A stretch of DNA of 64,000 nt from an uncultured virus (IMG/VR IMGVR_UViG_3300008050_000034) (lineage: Duplodnaviria; Heunggongvirae; Uroviricota; Caudoviricetes). Each line of letters begins with the position of its first letter. Position 1 is the first letter of the stretch. Under the pieces are notes generated by a model that worked only from the letters and a program-made list of their open reading frames with translations, was not told where the DNA came from and searched no databases. The translations under genes and the position numbers were made by a program. Below, one piece after another: positions 15,620 through 24,685 of the stretch. The DNA is taken from IMG/VR virus record IMGVR_UViG_3300008050_000034, one strand, 5' to 3'.

Positions 15620-15972
15620 ACACCCCGCTGGGTTGGGCCAGAGCCAACTTGATTTACGACTCCAAGAAGATCGTACCTCAGTTTGGCTCTCTGGCGGAGG
15701 CTGTCCATCTCCTAGTCTGGAAATCGAGAGTTACCGAAGAGTTTCACAAGACTCGAGCTACCGCCCAAGCTGCCATAGGAGGCGACAAAGCTTCAGAAGC
15801 ATTTGATGACTACCGGAGAGTCCTAGATCGTAGGGTCGAGGAGAAGAAGGAAGAGTCTATGCGCGAGAAGCTAGATCGACTGAAAGACATGAAAGCCATT
15901 TCGTTTAAACCCGCAGAAGGAGGAGTCAGAAAGAAGAGCTCCTCATTAAAGACGGTAAGGAGAAAGAGATGA
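15607..15972 (+). CDS. -1 frameshift extension of the tail assembly chaperone (T-like)
   Basis: The -1 frame is open from GGGAAAT (KWIDTPLGWARANLIYD...) to the stop at 15972. Confidence 0.65.
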   Translation, partial: GKWIDTPLGWARANLIYDSKKIVPQFGSLAEAVHLLVWKSRVTEEFHKTRATAQAAIGGDKASEAFDDYRRVLDRRVEEKKEESMREKLDRLKDMKAISFKPAEGGVRKKSSSLKTVRRKR

Positions 15973-16262
15973 AAATTCTTGCAGTAGTAGACGTACACCC
16001 CCTCGGAGAAGGAAGAGGTAGGGGACTGTTCGCTCGGATTTCTAAGGGAGGGACTCGTACGTTCGATCTTCCCATTAGTAGAGAGCAGGCAGGAATCCTT
16101 CTCTCTAATGTAGAGTCCTTGATCGATAGGGATATTGCGGCTCCCCAGACGCCGGAGGAAGAGAACCTCTTCTCCGAGTTTGCAGCCAATGTCCAAATGG
16201 CTGTCGGAGACGATAGTTCCTACGACAGTCCGCAGATAGTGGACGACGAGGATGACCTATGA
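15969..16262 (+). CDS. Hypothetical protein
   Basis: ATGA overlap. Confidence 0.7.
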   Translation: MKILAVVDVHPLGEGRGRGLFARISKGGTRTFDLPISREQAGILLSNVESLIDRDIAAPQTPEEENLFSEFAANVQMAVGDDSSYDSPQIVDDEDDL

Positions 16263-16612
16263 GTGGATCTTCTGACGATCTGGTCAGGCTTGAGTACAAG
16301 CTAGACCTAATTATTCGCGCACTCCAACATAACGACCTGATGTTGGATAGCCGCATGATTCCTCCGCTGGAGGGGATCTCAGAAGACAGCTGCCCTGTCT
16401 GTTCGGGGTCCATAAGACTTGAGGTCGACTTTGATAAAGAGACAACAACCTATTCCTGTCTATGCCAACTCCCAGTCTCTGCTGTAGATGGGATTTCGGC
16501 ACTAAGACAATCACCAGAGCCCTCCAAGGAGAATAACGATGCCAATAGAAGGAATGACGCAAACCCCGAAGTTTCACGGGTCGAAGCGACGAGAAGTAAT
16601 AGCGACCGCTGA
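16259..16612 (+). CDS. Hypothetical protein with CxxC/CxC
   Basis: ATGA overlap. Confidence 0.65.
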   Translation: MSGSSDDLVRLEYKLDLIIRALQHNDLMLDSRMIPPLEGISEDSCPVCSGSIRLEVDFDKETTTYSCLCQLPVSAVDGISALRQSPEPSKENNDANRRNDANPEVSRVEATRSNSDR

Positions 16613-16895
16613 TGTAAGCATTAGGCAGGTCCAGGTCCTCGATAAGAACAGCCAAGTCAGAACTCTAATTGTCTGGCAGTGCGGTCCGGACATTATGTAC
16701 GCAGACAGCATGGATGGCCTGTTCGACCTAACTCGTCGGAAGACCGCACCTAGTTGGGTAGTAGATCAGCTACGAGCCCTTCCCTCGGATAGGCAGTTCG
16801 ATCACTTAGGAAACTCCAAGTCTAATGGAGTCTCCATAGAGAGCCACGTTCCTACTACAGAAGACGACGATCTTCCTGATTTCGTCCAAGGATAA
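16539..16895 (+). CDS. Hypothetical protein
   Basis: AAGGAG RBS. Confidence 0.65.
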   Translation: MPIEGMTQTPKFHGSKRREVIATADVSIRQVQVLDKNSQVRTLIVWQCGPDIMYADSMDGLFDLTRRKTAPSWVVDQLRALPSDRQFDHLGNSKSNGVSIESHVPTTEDDDLPDFVQG

Positions 16896-16898
16896 GCT

Positions 16899-17240
16899 GT
16901 GAAGAAGATTCGCCCAATGCCAGGATGGGTCCTATGTATGGCCCTAAAAGAGGCGGAGAAGTCCGCGTCCGGACTAATAATACCTGGCAGTGCGGACGAA
17001 AACGTTACGTCTGAGGGAGTAGCAGAGGTAATAGAGATTACGCCTAAGAGGGGGCAATCTGCTCCGTTTAAGGTGGGAGACAAGATTGTATATAGGGGCT
17101 TCTTGAGGTTTTGTAACCAGCTTGGTCATCTCTACGATGACCATCGGGCGTGCAAATACTTCCTTCTGAACGTCGACGATGCCCTCGCTGTCGTAACAGG
17201 ACCAGGTCGTATTGGTCTCTACGGGGAATATGAGGTCTAA
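16899..17240 (+). CDS. groES: GroES-like co-chaperonin
   Basis: IRPMPGWVL, KSASGLIIPG mobile loop, FKVGDKIVY, YFLLNVDDALAVV. Confidence 0.85.
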   Translation: MKKIRPMPGWVLCMALKEAEKSASGLIIPGSADENVTSEGVAEVIEITPKRGQSAPFKVGDKIVYRGFLRFCNQLGHLYDDHRACKYFLLNVDDALAVVTGPGRIGLYGEYEV

Positions 17241-17241
17241 T

Positions 17242-17424
17242 ATGAAGAAGGAAGAGCGCCTACAAATTAGAGTGGAATCGGAGCAACTAGAGTTCCTCAG
17301 AACATACGCTTCTAAAAAGAACATCACTATAAGTAAAATGGTCAGAGATTTTATCGACTGGCTGATGCGTAGAGATAAGCAACAAGAGGATTCAAGTGGA
17401 ACTCCAGGAACGCCGCAGAGTTAG
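17242..17424 (+). CDS. Ribbon-helix-helix DNA-binding protein
   Basis: RLQIRV...LRTYASKKNITISKMVRDFI. Confidence 0.7.
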   Translation: MKKEERLQIRVESEQLEFLRTYASKKNITISKMVRDFIDWLMRRDKQQEDSSGTPGTPQS

Positions 17425-17905
17425 AATAACCGAAGTTATTCCTATCTCCCGTCCAACAGTTACGGGACTGATAGAGACATTCCGGACTGCCTTTACGGGC
17501 AAGGACAAGCCGGTGCGCGTTCTCTACATTAAGGGCGAAGACCTTATTGTAGAGAGGACTGTCTTGACTACGGACTCCCCCGGAGAGGACCCATTCCTAA
17601 CTCCATACCAGATGGTACGGCAGCACTCTGAATTAGAGATTCAAGAAGCTGCTCCAGCTCTTATAGCTTGCTGTAGGGCTGCCCAGGAGATCCGGAAGCA
17701 AGGGTTCGACTTGACAGGAATAGTCTCTAGGTCCCCCGAAGAAGTTAATGCCTGGCTACCCGAGGAATTAGACTTAGGAAAAACATTCGGGGTAGAGGTA
17801 TTTATCGATCCTGAGTGTCCAGAGGGGTGCCTGTTTTTCTGCGGGTCCTCCTCTAGTCCCATGATCCGAGACATTGAGAAGTCGATTCTCTGTAGGATGG
17901 ATTAG
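17396..17905 (+). CDS. Hypothetical protein
   Basis: GAGG RBS, operon continuity. Confidence 0.7.
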   Translation: MELQERRRVRITEVIPISRPTVTGLIETFRTAFTGKDKPVRVLYIKGEDLIVERTVLTTDSPGEDPFLTPYQMVRQHSELEIQEAAPALIACCRAAQEIRKQGFDLTGIVSRSPEEVNAWLPEELDLGKTFGVEVFIDPECPEGCLFFCGSSSSPMIRDIEKSILCRMD

Positions 17906-17907
17906 TT

Positions 17908-18258
17908 ATGGCTTGTGTTGGACGTTGCAGTATTTATAAGGACCGGCCTCAGTTTTGTAGAGACTACCCAAAGGTCGCCGATTTTATCCCACCAGGATGC
18001 ACACATCACTTTGTTGGAGACGAACGAAGGGGAGAGTGTCAGCCCGAGGTGTGCCAGGAAAGTAACTGCTGTTCCTATCCCCGAGAGGGCGGAGAGCCTA
18101 CAGGTAAGGCATTAGATTCTCTAGCCGGTGGAGAGTCCTGCAAGCATTTGCGATGGGAAGAATCCCCAATAGTCGCCATTAAGGTCGCCTCGGACGCAAC
18201 CCCCTCCGCTACTTCAGAGCTCGTAGGTCATGTAGCCCGTATCTTGAAGGAGATCTGA
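17908..18258 (+). CDS. YkgJ/FliB-like cysteine-cluster protein
   Basis: CSIYKDRPQFCRDYP motif. Confidence 0.7.
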   Translation: MACVGRCSIYKDRPQFCRDYPKVADFIPPGCTHHFVGDERRGECQPEVCQESNCCSYPREGGEPTGKALDSLAGGESCKHLRWEESPIVAIKVASDATPSATSELVGHVARILKEI

Positions 18259-18764
18259 TGTACTCGGATAATATAAATACGGAGACTATAGAGATCGTCC
18301 ACGAGGAGCCCGATGAAGGAGGCGATAGCTACAAGGTCCTGCTCAAGGTCTCAGATAGGAAGACTTGGAGCAAGTGCGTTGTACAGATGCTCGAAGCCCA
18401 AGAGGGGGCGGAATTCGGAGTCTCTGTCCGAAAAGAATACTATCTGCATGAAGGCGCTCCCTCTTACATATGGGTATTGCTGATTTGGGGAGACCTGGAA
18501 GATGCCCAATTGGAGCTCCTGCCCATCCTAAACTATAAGGCCCCTGCCAAGACCAACGGCACTGCAGTGAAGGCCGTACCTCCCACTACATCCTCTCAGA
18601 TAAAGAGGAAGGTCTACCAGACCGCAGACGGGCCCAGAGCGATTACCACCGTTGCCTTACCTCATTACCGAGGCCCGCGTACCGCTGATCCTGGAACTGT
18701 AAAGAAGATGGGCCAGAAGGGGTTCGGTGCGACCGTTACAAACCTTAATGCGAGTGAATTATGA
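18258..18764 (+). CDS. Hypothetical protein
   Basis: TGATG coupling, AAGGAG RBS. Confidence 0.7.
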   Translation: MYSDNINTETIEIVHEEPDEGGDSYKVLLKVSDRKTWSKCVVQMLEAQEGAEFGVSVRKEYYLHEGAPSYIWVLLIWGDLEDAQLELLPILNYKAPAKTNGTAVKAVPPTTSSQIKRKVYQTADGPRAITTVALPHYRGPRTADPGTVKKMGQKGFGATVTNLNASEL

Positions 18765-19414
18765 TGGCGTCTGCTGAAGAGAAATACAAAGTCCTGGCGG
18801 ACAAGATCGCGGAGGAGAACCGTAAGTCTGCCGAGAGAATGGCTAAAAAAGCGGACTATAAGATCCAGATCTGGTTCAGATCTGATCGGTCTATGCACAA
18901 GCCAATTGCGTACACCCTTTCCTTTTGGGAATCGGGAAAGAGACTTCATGGGGGCGGGGACGAGATGATGTACGTCTGCCGAAGGCACGCAGATGCTCCA
19001 AAGATAGCCCCGTTCGAGATCGCTAACGTGTCTCGGATCAAGAATATTACGGAGAAGGGGTGTGATAAGCTGATTCCGGGAGGGCTCCTCGATACGTCTG
19101 GACTCGTAGTCTGTCCTCACTGTGGAATACGGCACAGATCTGACCAAGTCGGAGACTCCATCTTCTACAGGACCTCCATAGATCAAGCAGCTCGCATCTT
19201 AGTGACCTGGTGGCGTAAGATGGAATGCAACGCAGACATCTATGCGAAGTACTCTCCACAAGACCCGAGAACTGTAATGATGCTTCAGAACTACAACCCA
19301 CGAGTGGCAAGAGAGAAGAAGGGCCTGACCATCTATCCACTAGAGAATATCCTGAAAGACACGATGTCAGGAGCAACTGTAGAGAGTAGATTCAAGGCAT
19401 TTATTACGGCGTAG
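18761..19414 (+). CDS. Hypothetical protein with CPHCG
   Basis: ATGA overlap. Confidence 0.7.
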   Translation: MMASAEEKYKVLADKIAEENRKSAERMAKKADYKIQIWFRSDRSMHKPIAYTLSFWESGKRLHGGGDEMMYVCRRHADAPKIAPFEIANVSRIKNITEKGCDKLIPGGLLDTSGLVVCPHCGIRHRSDQVGDSIFYRTSIDQAARILVTWWRKMECNADIYAKYSPQDPRTVMMLQNYNPRVAREKKGLTIYPLENILKDTMSGATVESRFKAFITA

Positions 19415-19423
19415 GAAGGCTCA

Positions 19424-20170
19424 ATGGATCACTCAATATTCTCAGAGTTTTGCGGGGAGATGGCTAAGAAAGCTATGTCTGCCAAAGCAGTATCTGACTC
19501 TGGGATGCAGCCTGGGGATGTGGTCCTAACTTCGATGGGTCCAGAGACCTACATCGGCAATCCCAGCTCTTCTGCTTTTAAGAGAGCTAAGGAGCGGTTG
19601 TATAGAACATTCTCCCCAAAACTCCAGGGATCGTACACGCATACGGCCCTTTATGTGGGGGATGGAGATGTAATCGAGGCCAGAGGTGACGGAGTTAAGA
19701 GAAGATCTCTCAAGGCCGCCCTAAAGAAGATCGACGGGGCGGTAGTAGTACGTCCCAAGGCGTCTTCGAAGGTTAGGCGAGGGGCCGTAGAGTTCGCTAA
19801 GAAACAAGTAGGTAAGCCCTACGAATCCGAGACTTTCCTCGGGGTGCAGGGAGCCGCACTAATTCTACCCAGAAAGATGGATAAGCTCCTAGAACGTGGA
19901 GGAACAATAAGGGACGCAGATAGGTTCACATGTGCGAACCTGGCATCGGCTTCTTATGTCTCTCAGGGATTCACTCCTAGGGAAGACAAGGGCTCTTGGT
20001 CCCTTACGACGTCCGGGGACTTTCTCAACCCGAAGACGGTGAGGAAGGTAAAAAACCTAGGTCAGAAGTTCACTGGAAGGCCCGTTGTGGGAAGACTCAA
20101 GGAGACAGTAAAGGTCTCCCATGCTCCCGGACTGGAGAAGATAGTGAGGAGGCACCATGCCGCACTCTGA
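19424..20170 (+). CDS. Permuted papain-like NlpC/P60 (YiiX/YebB-like) protein
   Basis: QPGDVVL, YTHTALYVGDGDVIEA, QVGKPY, FTCANL (His before Cys). Confidence 0.85.
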   Translation: MDHSIFSEFCGEMAKKAMSAKAVSDSGMQPGDVVLTSMGPETYIGNPSSSAFKRAKERLYRTFSPKLQGSYTHTALYVGDGDVIEARGDGVKRRSLKAALKKIDGAVVVRPKASSKVRRGAVEFAKKQVGKPYESETFLGVQGAALILPRKMDKLLERGGTIRDADRFTCANLASASYVSQGFTPREDKGSWSLTTSGDFLNPKTVRKVKNLGQKFTGRPVVGRLKETVKVSHAPGLEKIVRRHHAAL

Positions 20171-20840
20171 AAAGCTAACTGACTTTGTACTGAAGGAGGC
20201 ATCTATCTTCTCTCCTTTGGCAAACTTCTTCGAGTCCCGAGAGAATAAGAAAGCGTTAAAGAGAATAGACAGTCACTTCCGGACTGATGACAAGAGTAAG
20301 TGGGACAGCTTTCTTCGCAATACGGGAAGGAAGTCCTTCGTAAAGAACTTATCTCGAGACCCCCGGTCCGATGAGAAGTTAGTTATGCATGCGGACAACA
20401 TGAACCGCATGCGATCGGGGAAGAAGCTTGGAACGGTCTCGGGATCTACCGGGAAGAGGTACGACATTGTTAAGCTAAGGGGGAGCCCCCGCCTCGGCTG
20501 TAACTGTAATGACTGGCGGTATAAGAGGTCAGTAGCCCTCGCAAGTTCTCCAGATAGTGAGAAGGACTGCCGGCATATCAAACAGTGGAAGAGGGAGAAG
20601 CAAACCAAAGTGGCTGGGATGTCATTTCTTAAACAAGATCGACCAGAGAAGGTAAAGGACATCTACAAGGCCCTAAAGAGAGACCATCCCACTATGCCGG
20701 CCGAAATGAAGGCACGGATCGCTGCGCGCCAGGGCAAACCTGGCAAGCAGAAGCAGGGGCCTCCGTACAAAGGACCGATAAAATCCGCATCAATCCCTCT
20801 CTCCTTTTTTAACGCACTAAGTGAAATACTTTCCCCGTAG
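20157..20840 (+). CDS. Basic protein with SWIM-type zinc finger
   Basis: CNCNDWRYKR...CRHI. Confidence 0.7.
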   Translation: MPHSEKLTDFVLKEASIFSPLANFFESRENKKALKRIDSHFRTDDKSKWDSFLRNTGRKSFVKNLSRDPRSDEKLVMHADNMNRMRSGKKLGTVSGSTGKRYDIVKLRGSPRLGCNCNDWRYKRSVALASSPDSEKDCRHIKQWKREKQTKVAGMSFLKQDRPEKVKDIYKALKRDHPTMPAEMKARIAARQGKPGKQKQGPPYKGPIKSASIPLSFFNALSEILSP

Positions 20841-20846
20841 GTACCT

Positions 20847-21092
20847 ATGACCGAGAACATGCCGAAACCCAGCGTCCTGATAATGGGAGCTCTAGCTCTC
20901 ATTGCTGCTGGAGGAGCTGGGTCCATGCTGGGAGTAACTATAGAGCCCCAAAGTACGACCGAGCTCCGGGTGGAAAGGGCACAGTTGGCAGAGAGAGTGA
21001 TATCTCTTGAGTCGAGAGTAGAACTACTAGAGGGAATTGTTAATGACTGTCAGGCAGTCATAGCAGCCTCTAGAACAAGGCTGGAGGACTAA
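20847..21092 (+). CDS. TM + coiled-coil protein (possible i-spanin)
   Basis: N-terminal TM segment, heptad-like C-terminus. Confidence 0.45.
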   Translation: MTENMPKPSVLIMGALALIAAGGAGSMLGVTIEPQSTTELRVERAQLAERVISLESRVELLEGIVNDCQAVIAASRTRLED

Positions 21093-21400
21093 TGTTCCAT
21101 ACACAAGATACCGTCGTCCGTCCTGACGGGAGAGTAGTGTTCTGCGGAGTAATCGTAGGACTGGCTGTGCTGGGTTGCACGGTTGCTGCGGCAGGCCCAG
21201 ACGATGCCTACGAAACCCAATTGGATGCTCTACAGGAACGCATAAATGCGGCTCAGAGTGGAGAGGTGCCTTCCGAACTACCGACAGCTAAAGAAATAGA
21301 GCTCCAGGAGCAGATAACTGCCATGGAGATCCGAGTAGCGAGGGCAGAGACTGACCTCGCTTCGTGTAAAGTAGAGTTAATTCTGGCTAAAGAGAGATAG
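21092..21400 (+). CDS. TM/lipoprotein + coiled-coil protein (possible o-spanin)
   Basis: TAATG coupling; VLGC lipobox-like motif. Confidence 0.45.
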   Translation: MFHTQDTVVRPDGRVVFCGVIVGLAVLGCTVAAAGPDDAYETQLDALQERINAAQSGEVPSELPTAKEIELQEQITAMEIRVARAETDLASCKVELILAKER

Positions 21401-21406
21401 CTTTGA

Positions 21407-21499
21407 CTCACCCCCGCTTTCACGGAGTTTCCATTACGCCCGGGGGTGAGGCGGGTACTGCGTCTGTAGCTCGAGTTCCTCTGGTTCGCCGCAGTAGCC
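21407..21499 (-). ncRNA. Candidate small two-hairpin RNA
   Basis: Stems TACTGCG/CGCAGTA and CTCACCCCCG/CGGGGGTGAG; GTCATAA element at 21500-21506 points into it. Confidence 0.4.
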
Positions 21500-21529
21500 T
21501 TATGACAGCAAAAGAGGACATATAAAACG

Positions 21530-21811
21530 ATGCCAAGAGCAAAAAGAAAGACCCTTGGAGATGCAATAGTCGAGATTAAAGACTTGCAACAGAGGGCAGC
21601 AGTACAACGAGCGATGGTTTCTATTCTTAGATCCAGGTACCTCCCCAGAGATGGAGTCCCAGACCCGCAGGCACAGATAGCTTGTGAGGGGGCTCCCGTG
21701 TCTCACGACTTGATCGATGAGATGGCGTGTGAATTAGAGGAAGGTGCGGAAGAGATGGAGAAAGCAGTAAGCTCATATATGGCCGAGGAGATCACCAATG
21801 GCGCGCAATAA
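21530..21811 (+). CDS. Hypothetical protein
   Basis: GAGG RBS. Confidence 0.7.
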   Translation: MPRAKRKTLGDAIVEIKDLQQRAAVQRAMVSILRSRYLPRDGVPDPQAQIACEGAPVSHDLIDEMACELEEGAEEMEKAVSSYMAEEITNGAQ

Positions 21812-22169
21812 AGACGTTTCTAAAATCACAGAGAGAGTTGAGTGCATCGAGAAGATCCAAGCGGATGGAATCGATTGGCTCGCTAACGAAATTAAGGTTC
21901 TGTTCCAGAATGACTCGGTAATCGGCTCAGCTGTTGAGGAGCACGATACTACCATTGGAGCGATCAGAGCTCTGTTGGTGTCTAAAGGGATCCTCACAGA
22001 TGAGGAGATCGACAAGAAGAGGACAGAGCTGGATAAGATTCGAGCTGACGCGATGGAGCACCAGCAGGCAGTAGCTAAGCAGAAGGCAGAGCTAAACGCC
22101 CTGAGTGATGCCGCTGATGCCGCCGGAAAAGAGGGCCATCCTCCCGAGGCATTCATATTTGGGAGCTAA
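21798..22169 (+). CDS. Hypothetical coiled-coil protein
   Basis: GAGGAG RBS. Confidence 0.7.
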   Translation: MARNKDVSKITERVECIEKIQADGIDWLANEIKVLFQNDSVIGSAVEEHDTTIGAIRALLVSKGILTDEEIDKKRTELDKIRADAMEHQQAVAKQKAELNALSDAADAAGKEGHPPEAFIFGS

Positions 22170-22275
22170 AGAAAGCCTACCGCCCGTACTCCCGTGAGGG
22201 TTGGGGACTCGGGACTTGAGATACGGCCATATACGATGGCTACTCCAAGTGACCCCTTTCGGCTTTCCTTTGACC

Positions 22276-22626
22276 TTAGTCGCTCCCTCCAACGGAGGCG
22301 AGCGGCAGGTCGAACTCTATCAGTACTCCGTCTCTTCGGGTCCAGATCTCTCCGCCCTTGGATTTGTTTGAGTACGAGATAGTTTCTATCATGTCTTCGT
22401 CGAGCCATCTCCCCAAACAAGACCGCTTGTTATAGACAATAAGCGGCCTGGCGGCAGATCCATGCTCAGCATATTTGGGCTTTCGTCGTATGTATCCTAC
22501 AAGTGGTTTGGGATGTAGGTACTTCTTAACTCTGACTCTCGTCTCTTCTAGTCGAAGCCATTCAAAGAGCTTGGCTAGGTCTTTAGAACACTCATAGAGA
22601 GTGCCGTTTAGTTCAATTACTTCCAT
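22276..22626 (-). CDS. Hypothetical protein
   Basis: Overlapping minus-strand operon. Confidence 0.6.
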   Translation of the reverse strand: MEVIELNGTLYECSKDLAKLFEWLRLEETRVRVKKYLHPKPLVGYIRRKPKYAEHGSAARPLIVYNKRSCLGRWLDEDMIETISYSNKSKGGEIWTRRDGVLIEFDLPLASVGGSD

Positions 22627-22954
22627 CAGGTATTGGTCCCTCTTCGGTGTAAGTGATGTTGTGCGCGTAAGCAGCGGCTTTGCGCTCAATGAGTTCCGCC
22701 ATGTAGGCGCAGAACGCATTATCGGTATTGTGCTTTTTCTTTAGCCCCATGGCCTCGTCATGTGGGAGCTTGTTCCAGTCATTGAACATCCCCGCGACAT
22801 TCGCAGGATGTAGGCCGGTCTCTCTAAAGAAGATTTCATAGAATCTGTCTCTAGATTTCTCTGCTTTAAAGCGGGTCATCTCTCCTGGGTCGTGGAACCC
22901 GGAGGTCTTTGATGCCTTCTCCCACGCGGTGGCAAGTCTACTTGCAGTATTCAT
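22613..22954 (-). CDS. Hypothetical protein
   Basis: ATGA overlap. Confidence 0.7.
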   Translation of the reverse strand: MNTASRLATAWEKASKTSGFHDPGEMTRFKAEKSRDRFYEIFFRETGLHPANVAGMFNDWNKLPHDEAMGLKKKHNTDNAFCAYMAELIERKAAAYAHNITYTEEGPIPDGSN

Positions 22955-23163
22955 CCTCTCTCCCTATTGGAATCAAAGGCCAGATCTCCTTCGATGTCAC
23001 ATTTGTTACATCCGTCGTTTAGGATGTTCCCGTGTGGACACTCCACCGTCTTCGCACACTCCCCACAGTACTGGCACTCTGTAGGGACTAAGCAGGACCG
23101 ACATAGGTTCTCTATCGAGAAGGGATCTATGTAAGGTTCCTTTATAGGTCTGGGTTTAGACAT
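22951..23163 (-). CDS. Cys-rich small protein
   Basis: Multiple CxxC; GGAGG RBS. Confidence 0.65.
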   Translation of the reverse strand: MSKPRPIKEPYIDPFSIENLCRSCLVPTECQYCGECAKTVECPHGNILNDGCNKCDIEGDLAFDSNRERG

Positions 23164-24455
23164 TCTTCCTCCGATTTGTCTGTCCGCTCCTGTACGAATC
23201 TAGGGAACTGGAGCGCATCGGTATCCCCTCCCTTAGATTTGTAGGTTCGGCTCTCGTACTTGACTTGTATGACTTTGGGCCAGCAGTCCAAGGTTGAGTT
23301 CTGGGCTATATACTCCTTGGACCAGCCGTTTCCGCAGCTGCAGATATACGTCATCTCTCCCGAAGAGTTCCTTTGGTAGAGCTCGACTGCGCCCAACATC
23401 CCTCGATACTTGCCGTTGCCGTACTTTCCAATCCCGTTCTCAGGATCCCACATGGCTACGAAGTCATCCTCATAGACAGGTTTGATCTTGCAACAGGCGG
23501 TGCGCGGCCGTTCTGCCTTACCTCGCAGGTTGAAGCCTTTATCTCCGTAAGTGGCCTCAGGATCGATAGCCACCAGGCCTTCCCATCCGAGAGTCTCAAT
23601 GTCCTCTTGGATTGCTTCAATCGGCCAGATAGGATCTAGAATGTCCGGCAGGAGTAAATAGTCTCCTTCGGTGTTGTCTACATAGTAGCTGGCCTCACCT
23701 CTACGGCTCTTATAGGCCATCTGCCCCAGTAGAATTCCTCCGTCCGCCCAGGCTACATCCCAAATTACAAACCTCAACCACCCTGAGGTCTCTTGGAGGC
23801 GAAGGGCTTTCCGGCACTTGCTCTTCAGTATTTGAGCTACGGCCCATCGGTCGTCCTCCTCCCCGGCAGCCGCGATCATCTCTCCGAGGAGAACAGTCCC
23901 ATTGGGGATGTTGCTGTTCCCTTCGATCTCCATGACGATCTGAGGAAATCGTTCCTCCCAGGGAATGTCAGTCTCGAGATGGTGGGTTCTCAGCATTCGA
24001 CGAGAGTACATCTTGCACTTCCCCGCCATAGTCTTCTGGACGACCATCATCTCCCCGTCATACTTCCGCACCAACCAAGCTTGGCCCGCCTTTAGGAGTG
24101 CGGTCATGCGAGAGCTAAGACTGTTGTAGGGCTTGTAGAAGCAGAGGTTCTCCGGCAGAGGGTCGCACTCTGGAAGATCGTATGGATTTAGTTCCATGCG
24201 TCCCTGTTCGCCCGTCTCCCGGTATCCCTTTCTTGTCTTACTCAGGATAGTTCTCTCTGCTATATTCAAAGCATCTTGTTCGGCACTAACTTCATTGGAC
24301 TTGCCGAGATTCTTGGCCTTGCCGACATCTACGACTTCTTGCATTTTTCCTCCGAGTTGCCCAAACTCGGTATAGATCTGGCTGCCTTCGACGGCGATTC
24401 GCCAAACTCTAGTGGCCCCTGACCGGGCCGTGTTATGAAACTCACGATAATCCAT
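23142..24455 (-). CDS. lig: ATP-dependent DNA ligase with N-terminal WGR-like domain
   Basis: KYDG (motif I), LLGEM, FVIWDV, WEGLV, KIKP, LQFPRFV.ERTDK; N-terminal W.I...TEFGQLG...SKTRKGY. Confidence 0.85.
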   Translation of the reverse strand: MDYREFHNTARSGATRVWRIAVEGSQIYTEFGQLGGKMQEVVDVGKAKNLGKSNEVSAEQDALNIAERTILSKTRKGYRETGEQGRMELNPYDLPECDPLPENLCFYKPYNSLSSRMTALLKAGQAWLVRKYDGEMMVVQKTMAGKCKMYSRRMLRTHHLETDIPWEERFPQIVMEIEGNSNIPNGTVLLGEMIAAAGEEDDRWAVAQILKSKCRKALRLQETSGWLRFVIWDVAWADGGILLGQMAYKSRRGEASYYVDNTEGDYLLLPDILDPIWPIEAIQEDIETLGWEGLVAIDPEATYGDKGFNLRGKAERPRTACCKIKPVYEDDFVAMWDPENGIGKYGNGKYRGMLGAVELYQRNSSGEMTYICSCGNGWSKEYIAQNSTLDCWPKVIQVKYESRTYKSKGGDTDALQFPRFVQERTDKSEEECLNPDL

Positions 24456-24473
24456 TACTTACCTCCGAGGACT

Positions 24474-24499
24474 TTATGGCCCCAAACCGAAAAAAATTG
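24474..24499 (-). promoter_or_regulatory. Phage promoter motif CAAT-N15-GCCATAA upstream of the ligase
   Basis: Recurrent motif. Confidence 0.55.
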
Positions 24500-24685
24500 C
24501 TAGACGAGGCCGAAGAAGAAATCGACCTCTTTGAAAAGTGGTTTACTGCTCAAGGGGCACAACCCCTGGCCCGATTCGAGAGGGCTATCTTGAAGACTTA
24601 CATTGTCGCCAAGGATGAGGGGAAGCTCACAGAACCTTTGGCCCAAGATGAGACTCCCACGCCAACTGGCGAAGCCGTGGCCTAG
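24476..24685 (+). CDS. Hypothetical protein
   Basis: GAGGA RBS, divergent from the ligase. Confidence 0.55.
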   Translation: MAPNRKKLLDEAEEEIDLFEKWFTAQGAQPLARFERAILKTYIVAKDEGKLTEPLAQDETPTPTGEAVA

